64,000 nucleotides of DNA, from the NCBI RefSeq assembly GCF_009914755.1, contig NC_060947.1. The stretch is one strand, 5' to 3'. The DNA is from the human T2T-CHM13v2.0 reference genome, Homo sapiens. Position 1 is the first letter of the stretch. Each line of letters opens with the position of its first letter. Of the stretch, positions 50,705 through 64,000 are shown one piece after another. Below the pieces are notes generated by a model. It was not told the DNA's origin. It searched no databases and was given only the letters and a program-made list of their open reading frames with translations. The translations under genes were made by a program, and so were the position numbers.

Positions 50705-52130
50705 CATCCTATCTATTCGGTATTGTACTAGAATTCCTACAAGCTAGCACTGTAAGGCAAGAAAAATAACCAAAGGTATTAGGTTTCTAAATAAAGAAAC
50801 AGAACTGATATTAATCACAGACAAGTTTATCGACATAGAAAACTAAGAGAACATGCACACTAGTTTTTGGAACTAACAAGAGAGTTCAGCCACATTGCTG
50901 CAAAAAATATCAATATGCAAAAATAAATCTTGTTTATTCACACTAGCAACAAACAGAAATTGCAATTAAAATTAAAACCATTGATATTAGTAACAAAATA
51001 CCATCTAGAAATAAATCCAATCAAAATGTACAAAAGCACTATAAAAATTATAAAATTATGCTTGAAAGGTATTTTAAACATTTTATTTAAAATAAGAATT
51101 GTAGTCATGAGAAGACTCAGGAGAGTACAGAGATGAAATTTTGCTGAATTAATCTAAAATTCAACGTAATTCCAACTAGGAGAGTAAGCTCTGGATATAA
51201 ACTTGGCAGCATTCAAATTCCAATATAACCACTTACTATGTTATCTGGGGCAAGTTACTTCAACTTTCTGTGCTTCGGTTTTGTTATCAGATAGAGGCAA
51301 TGTAGTATTTTTCTCTTTAAGTTCTTCTGAATGATAAATAAAATAATAAGGATAAAGTTCTTAAAATACTCCTAGCACATAGTCAAGTGCTCAAAAAATG
51401 TTGCCTATTACTTTTGTTCTTGTTATATTAAGAACTCCTACAGGTTTATAAAGAAGAGAAATGACCTAATAGAAAATAGGATATCAAACTAAAAGGAGCT
51501 CACAGAATAAGAAATACAAAGTCCAATATGCATTTAAAATATTCTTTACTAATAATTTTTAAGGAAAATAAAACCCTATATTTCTTTGGTAATATTGGCA
51601 AAGATTAAAAAATATGTTTCTAAGAATATAAGAGAAATAAGTGTTTTCATACACCACAAGAATGTAAATTAGCACAATTTTGAAGAAAAATATGACAGCA
51701 TCTAACAAATTATAAGATGTGCATAAATTTTGATATAGCAATTCAATTTGTGGGGATTTATCCTACAGAAGCAATAGCATAAGTAAACTAAGATGGAATA
51801 CAGGATGTTTATTGCCATAATTGTAGTAGCAGAAACTGAAAATATCCTAAAGATTCGTATTATTCAGCCAATGAAAATGGAGAGATAGACAGATATACAT
51901 TAACATGGAAAAATGCCCAAGACCTATTGTTAAGTGAAAGAGCAAGATGCAGAACAGTAGTCTAATGAGACATCACAATTTAAATTTTTCATATAAGTTT
52001 TGTAATATACATAAAATCCTCTGAAAGAATATACAGAATCTGTTCACTGTGGTAAACTCTGGGGATGGGGGTGGGGAGGGAATACATATGGCTTTCATTA
52101 TCTCTTTTAAGCATGTCTCAACTGTCTAAA
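50705..52130 (+). mobile_element. L1ME ORF2/3' fragments with a nested MIR (51180-51410, +)
   Basis: ttgtactagaattcct...gagttcagc...atcaatatgcaaaaat; MIR gggcaagttacttcaactttctgtgcttcggttt; 3' UTR attaacatggaaaaatgcccaagacctattgttaagtgaaa. Confidence 0.65.
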
Positions 52131-52400
52131 AATGCTACAAGGTGATTGGCTTACTTTTATGGTAAATAGATTTACTTCTGCTAAGTTTTATTTAGTTAAC
52201 ATGGTTTTCACTGTTAAGCTGTCTCTTAGCTTCATATATATGTTACATTATTTATATTCATTTACTAAATACTAAACACTTCTCTAATTCAGTAAGATGT
52301 TTACTATTTAAATTTATGAAAATTTTAGAATGCTAGGTCATTGACGTTTTAGTTCAATCTTTTCTGGTTCATGCTTAAAACTGATTATATATTTCTCCAG

Positions 52401-52929
52401 TATGATGGTTAATATTGAGTGTTAACTTGATTGGATTGAAGGATGCAAAGTATTGTTCCTGGGAGTGTCTGTGAGGGTGGTGCCAAAAGAGACTATAACA
52501 TTTGAGTCAGTGGACAGGGAGAGACAGACCCATCCTCAATCAGGGTGAGCATCGTCTAATCAGCTGCCAGAGAGACTAGACCAAAGCAGGCAGAAGAAGT
52601 TGGAAGGACTTGACTTGCTGAATTCTTCTGGCCTTTATCTTTCTCCAGTGCTGGATGCTTCCTGCCCTTGAACATCAGACTCCAAGTTCTTCAGCTTTTA
52701 GACTCTTGGACCTCTACCAGTGGTTGCCAGGGGCTCTCGGGCTTATGGCCACAGACTGAAGGCTGCATTGTCGGCTTCCCTACTTTTGTGGTTTTGGTAC
52801 TCAGATTGGCTTCCCTGCTCCTCAGCTTGCAGACTGCGTGTCGTGGGACTTCATCTTCTTTAAAACCTCCCCTTCATATATACATGTATCCTATTAGTTC
52901 CGTCCCTCTAGGGAACCCTGACTAATACA
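52401..52929 (+). mobile_element. MLT2A (A2-like) HERV-L solo LTR
   Basis: tatgatggttaatattgagtgttaacttgattggattgaaggatgcaaag...cctctagggaaccctgactaataca; TSD tccag/accag. Confidence 0.92.
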
Positions 52930-53431
52930 ACCAGAGTCAAATTGCAAAGGTTTCAGTTGTCCATTTGAACAATTTTGTCATTTCCCTATACAGTATATAC
53001 CCCTCACTAGGACAATGAAGAACCATACCCATAAACTTTGTTTGATCAGCATGGCAACTTTGGGTTCATTTGGACATTTAAAAAGCATGACTCTTGATAC
53101 CTCTGGGCAGGAGTTGGGGAAATGGTAGTGAAGCCAAAATGCTCTGATTGGAGAAAGAGGGTATCTTTTTAGTATCCCCTAAACAGCCTTCCTGAAATGA
53201 CCTTCCACCTCTCCTCATTTCCCTATGTTCCATTCTGTTGGCACACATGGCAGGGAGAGGACGTTTTCTCTAAGCCTTTCCCCATTGCCAGCCCATTCAG
53301 TTAGTGGTTTATTCAATTCTCCCTTACTCTTCACCAGCACCTACTATTTTGGATGTCTTGCCTAACATCCATCCAAGGTAATGTGGCTGTATTTAGTATT
53401 TAAGTCTTGGTGAATATGTGAATCATCCCAC

Positions 53432-53788
53432 TTTTCTTTCTCTCTCTCTCTCTCTCTTTCTTTCTTTGTTTTCCTCTCTCTCTCTTTCTTTCTTTCTTTT
53501 TTTTTTTGAGACGGAGTCTCGCTCAGCTGCCCAGACTGGAGTGCAGTGGTGCGATGTTGGCTCACTACAACCACCGTCTCCCGGGTTCAAGTGATTCTCC
53601 CATCTCAGCCTACTGAGTATCTGGGATTACAGGCACCCACCATCATGCCTGGCTAATTTTTGTATTTTAGTAGAGACAGAGTTTCACCATGTTGGCCAGG
53701 CTGGCCTTGAACTCCTGACCACAGGTGATCTGCCCGCCTCGGCTTCCCAAAGTGTTTGGATTACAGGCGTGAGCCATTGCATCCAGCC
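53432..53788 (-). mobile_element. AluS SINE with a (TC)n/(TTTC)n-derived tail
   Basis: gagacggagtctcgctc...gaccacaggtgatctgcccgcctcgg; TSD (c/t)atcccactt. Confidence 0.95.
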
Positions 53789-53979
53789 TATCCCACTTCT
53801 TTCTTATAAATTTCCTGTTAAATCTTGGAGGCTTTGTTAATCTCAGAAAGTGTATTACCCAGACTTAGGCTTTTTTTGTCATATAACTGAAGAAGGGGCA
53901 GATATTCACATGCTGAAAGTTGTTCTGAGTGTTTGCATTCAGGAAAGTACAACTAAAAGCAATCTGTTTACCTAGGAGG

Positions 53980-54360
53980 TTGTTCAATTTTGTACTGGAG
54001 ATTCTATCCAGTGCAACAAGAGAAAACATAAAGATCTCTAGATATGAAAGGGTGATGTAAAACTGTCTTTATTCACAGACTCCAAGATAGCATATGTAGA
54101 ATATCCTATTAATCTAAAAAAAAAGTTTCAAGAGCTAATAATTGAGTTTGGCAATATTACAGGACAAATGATCTATATGCAAAAAATCAGTTGTATTTTT
54201 ATATACTAGTAATGAACAATTGGAAACTGAAAGTTAAAACAGTACAATTTAAAATATTATCAGTAAATATTATCAGTGAAAAATCTGGCAAAACATGTAG
54301 AAAACCAAAAGCTATAAAAACCATTGCACATATAAATTAATGAAAACCTAAATAAATGTT
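53980..54360 (+). mobile_element. Old L1M ORF2 (RT region) fragment
   Basis: ttgtactggagattctatccagtgcaa...aaactgtctttattcacagac...aaaatcagttgtatttttatatactag. Confidence 0.7.
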
Positions 54361-54369
54361 GATCTTGAG

Positions 54370-56265
54370 GAAAAACCCTATAGAGAAACAGGTTTTGGTG
54401 GATTGAATTGTAGTCGTCAAAATATATGTGCAAGTCCTAACCCCTGGCATTTTAAAATGTGACTTTATTTGGAAAAATATTCTGTGAAAAGGTTTAAGTG
54501 AGGGATATTGAGATAAGATTCATCCTGGGTTATCTGAGTGGGCCCTGAATCCAATGACAAGTGTCCTTATAAGAAGAGGAAAAGACACAGAGAACACAAA
54601 GGAGAGACACAGGAGAAGTCATGAGAAGATGGAGGCACAGATTGGAGTTACGCAGCCCCAAGCTAAGGAACCCCTAGAGCCACCCAAAGATGAAAGAGGC
54701 AGAAAAGGACTTTTCCTAGAGCCTTGAGAGAGGACCACTCCACCAACACCTTGATTTCAGACTACAGACCTCCAGAACGGTGAAAGAATACATTTCTGTT
54801 TCAAGCTACCCAGTTTGTGATAATTTATGACAGCCCTAGAAAACTAATATACAGATATAAGAATTACAATGGACCTCTTGTCAGCAACCATGCAATAAAA
54901 GAGAGTGAAATGAAATATTTAAAGTGTTGAGAGAAAAAATTAATCCACCAACCTAGAATTTTATATCCAGAAAAAATGTTATTCAAAAATGAAGGAGAAA
55001 TAAAGACTTTCTCAAACAAAAACTGAGAGAATGCATCACCAGTAGATATACCTTGCAAGAAATGTGAAAAAGGTCTTTGGACAGAAATGAAAAAAATATA
55101 TATTAAAACCTTATATATATAAGAAAAGAAGAGTGTCAGAGAAGGAATAAGTGAATGAAAACAAAATGATTTTTTTCTTAATTGACGTAACTGACAACTG
55201 TCTGAAAACAGTGTATTGGGTGATCATAGCATATGTGTAAGAAAAGTGAATAACAGCAATGTCACAGGAAATGGATGGAAGAAATTGGGAACAATCTTTT
55301 AATAAAATATACTACATGGGAAGCAGTTTAGTGTTATTTGAAGGTTGGACTTATATTAAAACTATATGTTGTAAACACCAGGGCAACTTAAATTTCTTGA
55401 AAAAGAAATATTATTGATATACTAAGAGAGAGAGAATGAAATGGAATCATATTAAATGCTCAAGTAAAATCAGAGAAGGCAGAAAAGAGAAAAATGAAGA
55501 ATAAATGAAACAGAAAGGTTACAAACATGGTATATATGAAACCAGCTATATCAACTATACCTTAAATGTATCTATGTACACAATTTTTTAAAAACAGAGA
55601 TAGAAAAATTCATGGAAAACAACATCCAATCATATGTTGTTCACAAAAAATGCATTTTAAATATAAAGACTCAGGTTAAAAGTAAGAGTATATAAAAGAT
55701 ACATCATACTAACAATAAAATAAGAAATCTAGGGTACCTATATTAATTTCATATTATAGTTGGATAATTCTATACTATTCTATCAGTAATTGGTAGATCA
55801 AGCAGGCAGAAAATCAGTAGGGATATAGGTGACCTAAACAGCACTATCAATCAACTTGATCTACTTGACATTTATAAAATACTGTATCCAAAAACAGTAT
55901 AATACTTATGCACTTCAAGCTACATAAAACGTTCAATAAGATAGAACACAATCAGAGCTATTAAATGCACCTTCACAAATTTAAAAGAAGAGAAATTATA
56001 CAAGATACGTATGTGTAAAATTCACAGACCACAATACGTATAATTCATAAAGCATGATGGAATTAAACTAACAATCAACAACAGAAAGTAGCTAGAATAG
56101 CCCCCAAATATTTGGAAACTAAATAACATACTTCTAAATAATTTGTGGGTCAAAGAAGAAGCCCTAAGAGATAGATAAAAAGACTTTGACTTAACTTAAA
56201 AATGAAAATAAACCTTCACAAATTTTAAAGAAAGTAGAAAAAATAAAAACAAAAATTAGATAAGA
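54370..56265 (+). mobile_element. L1MC/MD ORF1 end, spacer and ORF2 EN region, interrupted by MLT1C
   Basis: caacctagaattttatatccagaaaaa...aaatgaaggagaaataaagactttctc; cactatcaatcaacttgatctacttgacatttata. Confidence 0.75.
54394..54851 (+). mobile_element. MLT1C MaLR solo LTR
   Basis: ggtggattgaattg...gtcctaacccctgg...ggccctgaatccaatgacaagtgtccttataaga...cagccctagaaaactaatata; TSD caggt/cagat. Confidence 0.88.
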
Positions 56266-56269
56266 CATC

Positions 56270-57295
56270 AGGGTGTAGAGCCAAGATGGCTGAATAGGAA
56301 CAGCTCCAGTCTACAGCTCCCAGCTTGAGTGACACAGAAGACCGGTGATTTCTGCATTTCCAACTGAGGTACTGGGTTCATCTCACTGGGGAGTGTCGGA
56401 AAGTGGGTGCAGGACAGTGGGTGCAGCGCAACGAGCATGAGCCGAAGCAGGGCAAGGCATTGCCTCACCCAGGAAGCAGAAGGGGTCAGGGAATTCCATT
56501 TCCTAGTCAAAGAAAGGGGTGACAGACAGCACCTGGAAAATCAAGTCACTCCCAACCGAATACTGCGCTTTTCCAACTGTCTTAGCAAACAGCACACCAG
56601 GAGATTATATCCCGCTCCTGGCTCAGAGGGTCCTACACCCACAGAGCCTTGCTCATTGCTAGCACAGCAGTCTGAGATCAAACTGCAAGGCAGCAGGGAG
56701 GCTGGGGGAGAGGTGCCCGCCATTGCTGAGGCTTGAGTAGGTAAACAAAGCAGCCGGGAAGCTCAAATTGGGTGGAGACCACCCCAGCTCAAGGAGGCCT
56801 ACTTGCCTCTGTAGACTCCACCTCTGGGGGCAGGGCACAGCCAAACAAAAGGCAGCAGAATCCTCTGCAGACTTAAATGTCCCTGTCTGACAGCTTTGAA
56901 GGGTAGTGGTTCTCCCAGCACAGAGCTTGAAATCTGAGAACGGACAGACTACCTCCTCAAGTGAGTCCCTGACCCCCTAGTAGCCTAACTGGGAGGCACC
57001 CCCCAGTAGGGGCAGACTGACAACTCACACGGCCGGTTACTCCTCTGAGACAAAACTTCCAGAGAAAAGATCAGGCAGCAACATTTGCTGTTCACCAATA
57101 TCTGCTGTTCTGCAGCCTCCGCTGCTGACACCCAGGCAAACAGTGTCTGGAGTGGACCTCCAGCCAACTCCAACAGACCTGCAGCTGAGGGTCCTGACTG
57201 TTAGAAGGAAAACTAACAAACAGAAAGGACATCCACACCAAAACCCATCTGTACATCACCATCATCAAAGACCAAGGGTAGATAAAACCACAAAG
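56270..57295 (+). promoter_or_regulatory. L1 5' UTR internal sense/antisense promoter with YY1 site (about 56282-56290) and ZNF93-type segment (57044-57171)
   Basis: caagatggc YY1 motif; an extra segment of about 128 bp relative to the L1HS 5' UTR; many CpGs deaminated. Confidence 0.8.
56541..56723 (-). CDS. ORF0: L1 antisense ORF0, truncated to 60 aa
   Basis: MAGTSPPASLLPCSLISDCCASNEQGSVGVGPSEPG... matches primate L1 ORF0 (MAGAPPPASLPPCSLISDCCAS...); premature TGA where the consensus has Arg. Confidence 0.75.
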   Translation of the reverse strand: MAGTSPPASLLPCSLISDCCASNEQGSVGVGPSEPGAGYNLLVCCLLRQLEKRSIRLGVT

Positions 57296-58313
57296 ATGGG
57301 GAAAAAGCAGAGCAGAAAAACTGGAAACTCTAAAAATCAGAGCGCCTCTCCTCCTCCAAAGGAATGCAGCTCCTCACCAGCAATGGAACAAAGCTGGACG
57401 GAGAATGACTTTGATGAGTTGAGAGAAGAAGGCTTCAGACAATCAAATTACTCCGAGCTAAAGGAGGAAGTCCGAACCCATGGCAAAGAAGTTAAAAACC
57501 CTGAAAAAAAATTAGATGAATGGCTAACTAGAGTAACCAATGCAGAGAAGTCCTTAAAGAACCTGATGGAGCTGAAAACCAAGGCACGAGAACTACGTGA
57601 CGAATGCACAAGCCTCAGTAGCCGATTCAATCAACTGGAAGAAAGGGTATCAGTGATGGAAGATCAAATGAATGAAATGAAGCGTGAAGAGAAGTTTAGA
57701 GAAAAAAGAATAAAAAGAAATGAACAAAGCCTCCAAGAAATATGGGACTATGTGAAAAGACCAAATCTACATCTGATTGATGTACCTGAAAGTGACAGGG
57801 AGAATGGAACCAAGTTGGAAAACACTCTGCAGGAAATTATACAGGAGAACTTCCCCAATCTAGCAAGGCAGGCCAACATTCAAATTCAGGAAATACAGAG
57901 AATGCCACAAAGATACTCCTCGAGCAGAGCAACTCCAAGACACGTAATTGTCAGATTCACCAAAGTTGAAATGAAGGAAAAAATGTTAAGGGCAGCCAGA
58001 GAGAAAGGTTGGGTTACCCACAAAGGGAAGCCCATCAGACTAACAGCTGATCTCTCAGCAGAAATTCTACAAGCCAGAAGAGAGTGGGGGCCAATATTCA
58101 ACATTCTTAAAGAAAAGAACGTTCAACCCAGAATTTCATATCCAGCCAAACTAAGCTTCATAAGTGAAGGAGAAATAAAATACTTTACAGACAAGCAAAT
58201 GCTGAGAGATTTTTGTCACCACCAGGCTTGTCCTAAAAGAGCTCCTGAAGGAAGCACTAAACATGGAAAGGAACAACCAGTACCAGCCACTGCAAAAACA
58301 TGCCAAATTGTAA
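57296..58313 (+). pseudogene. ORF1: L1 ORF1p, open to about 58212 then +1 frameshift
   Basis: MGKKQSRKTGNSKNQSASPPPK...ARREWGPIFNILKEK...YPAKLSF...MLRDF; extra T in gagatttttgtc shifts the frame, which then stops at 58369. Confidence 0.93.
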
Positions 58314-58376
58314 AGACCATCAATGCTAGGAAGAAACTGCATCAACTAATGAGCAAAATAACCAGCTAACATCATA

Positions 58377-62200
<3,824 letters not shown>

Positions 62201-62439
62201 ACAATGAGAACACATGGACACAGGAAGGGGAACATCACACACCGGGGCCTGTTGTGGGGTGGTGGGAGGCGGGAGGAGTAGCATTAGGAGATATACCTAA
62301 TGTAAATGACGAGTTAATGGGTGCAGCACACCAACATGGCACATGTATACATATGTAACAAACCTGCACGTTGTGCACATGTACCCTAGAACTGAAAGTA
62401 TAATAAAAAAAAAAATTGAAAGAAAGAAAGAAGTTCGAA

Positions 62440-62920
62440 CAAGCTAATAGTGTATAATTTCATTTATATGGCATTCTGAAAAAAGATAAAACTATAGAGA
62501 CAGTAAAAGGATCAGTGGTTGCCAGGGTTTGGGAGAAAGGGAAATAGTTTAATAAGTTTAGCAGAAGGGATTTATTAGGGCAGTGAAATTATTCTGCGTG
62601 ATCCTGTACTGGTGGATACACCAGTTGGAGACACTGAACATTTGTCAAACCCTATGGAACTTTTCAGCACAAATAGTTAACCTTCATGTATGCAAATTAA
62701 ATAAAATCATTTAGAAGGTTGGGGGAAATCTCAGGATGGTCTGGAGAATACAATAAAACAGCCTAATTCTATTACAATGGTATGGAAAAACCTCACTAGA
62801 GGGTATTGGCTGGGGCGGGGAGGGGGGTGGCAAGCTGCTGACCTAGATAACTTTGGAAATGAGTGAACCTCTTCAAAAGTAAAAAAATAAATAAATAAAG
62901 AACCAAAATGCACTGTACAG
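62440..62920 (+). mobile_element. L1MC3-like 3' UTR
   Basis: catttatatggcattctgaaaaaagataaaactatagagacag...ggcagtgaaattattctg...ctgacctagataactttggaaatgagtg. Confidence 0.75.
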
Positions 62921-62924
62921 AGCA

Positions 62925-64000
62925 GAGGGGATCAAGGTGGATGGGAGGCAGGACTAGAATGCAGCTCCCACTCAGACGGACAGAGCAGCGTGTGGTTTGG
63001 AGGCTCTCGCATCGTGAACTTTTGTTCTAGAACAACTGCAGGAATACATTAGGAAAGTCAAGAGAACCAACAGACCCTCTGAAGGAAATAGATTGCTCCT
63101 GCAGAACTTGGGAGACACCCCAAATACTGTGAGTGCCCAAACTGTGGAAGTGGAAAAGGGAACCACTGGGGAACCTGAAGTTCTAGATTATGGGAGAAGA
63201 TTCTGACCTTACCTGGAGCTAAGTCCATTTAGAGAACCGAGTGAAATACAGGGGTAGAAGAAGCAGCGGGAAAAGCCCTGTAGGCTTGCTGGGACCCCTA
63301 GCAAGCCATTTCTGCCCTACCTCACAGGGGTCCTTGGGGAGGGGGGCCAGAGGCACTGGAAAAAGGCCACAGGGAGAAGGAAACTTCCAGCTGAACTTTG
63401 TAACAATTTGAACCCATCAAGATGTCTCCTGGCCAGAACTCGGAAGAGGGCATAAATGTGGTGTTCAGACTCCACAGGCAGGGGAAGAACTAAAGCGCTA
63501 CTTGCTTTCGCAGCTGGGAGACAGGTAGCCTGGGGCAAGCTCTCAGTGCTGCTCATCCACTGCCTAGAAACAGACTTGGTGTTGTTGGGGGATGGGGGGA
63601 ACAGTGGGAGTGAGACTGGCCCTTTGGGTTGCGTGCGAGCTGGTTGAGGCCTGTGAATGCCAGCTTTCCCCCCTTCCCTGACAACCTGCATGACCCAGTA
63701 GGGGCAGCCATAATCCTCCTAAGAACATAACTCCATTGACCTTCGAACCTCACCCACATCCCTGACAGCAGCCGCAGCAAGACTCGCCCAAGGAAAGTCT
63801 GAGCTCAGACACGCCTAACTTTACCCCCACCTAATGGTCCTTCCCTACCCACTCTGGTAACTGAAGACAAAGGGTATGTACTCTTGAGAGTTCTAGGACC
63901 CCACCCACTGCCTGTTCCTCCCCATACTATGACAGCTGATGCTCTCTTGAAAGCTCCATCTCCCGGCAGGTCAACCAGCACAAAAATAGTGCATTAAGCA
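62925..64000 (+). mobile_element. L1PBa-type (L1PB) 5' UTR running off the window end
   Basis: gggaggcaggactagaatgcagctcccactcagacggacagagcagcgtgtgg...gcatcgtgaacttttg...ccccaaatactgtgagtgccc. Confidence 0.8.

Noticed and set aside
54252-54277. Perfect 13-bp tandem duplication aaatattatcagt
   Set aside because: Ordinary slippage inside a decayed L1.
57143-57295. 51-aa N-terminal extension of ORF1 in the 408-aa ORF call
   Set aside because: It starts at a GTG in the 5' UTR; the established ORF1 start is the ATG at 57296.
62808-62830. G-quadruplex-like run ggggcggggaggggggtgg
   Set aside because: A short G-rich patch within an L1MC3 3' UTR, with no evidence of function.

Overview
This is primate, human-like genomic DNA. 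It is AT-rich, CpG-depleted and dominated by interspersed repeats (Alu, L1PA/L1PB/L1M, L2, L3, MIR, MaLR/ERVL/ERV1 LTRs, MER44), consistent with a gene-poor intergenic or deep intronic region. I recognise no cellular protein-coding gene, RNA gene, CpG island or prokaryotic system. Nearly all long ORFs in the track come from L1 or LTR elements. Main structures: (1) an old full-length L1M1/L1MA2-3-like element (11126-21350) with a four-level nest: a 5'-inverted antisense L1PA15-like element that replaced about 0.9 kb of host ORF2 and itself carries an AluSc and a two-LTR THE1B provirus; (2) a full-length, inactivated L1PA4-like element (56270-62415) that keeps YY1, the ZNF93-bound segment and a truncated antisense ORF0; (3) an ERVL gag fossil (34260-35350); (4) many solo LTRs with readable target-site duplications (TSDs). 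The most promising non-repeat signal is a largely unique island (21400-24900) with candidate splice and poly(A) signals on both strands. It lies just downstream of a THE1B 3' LTR that kept its DUX4 motif, TATA box and splice donor but lost its poly(A) signal. Subfamily calls are from remembered consensus sequences and need RepeatMasker/Dfam confirmation. I found no evidence strong enough to claim a novel biological system.
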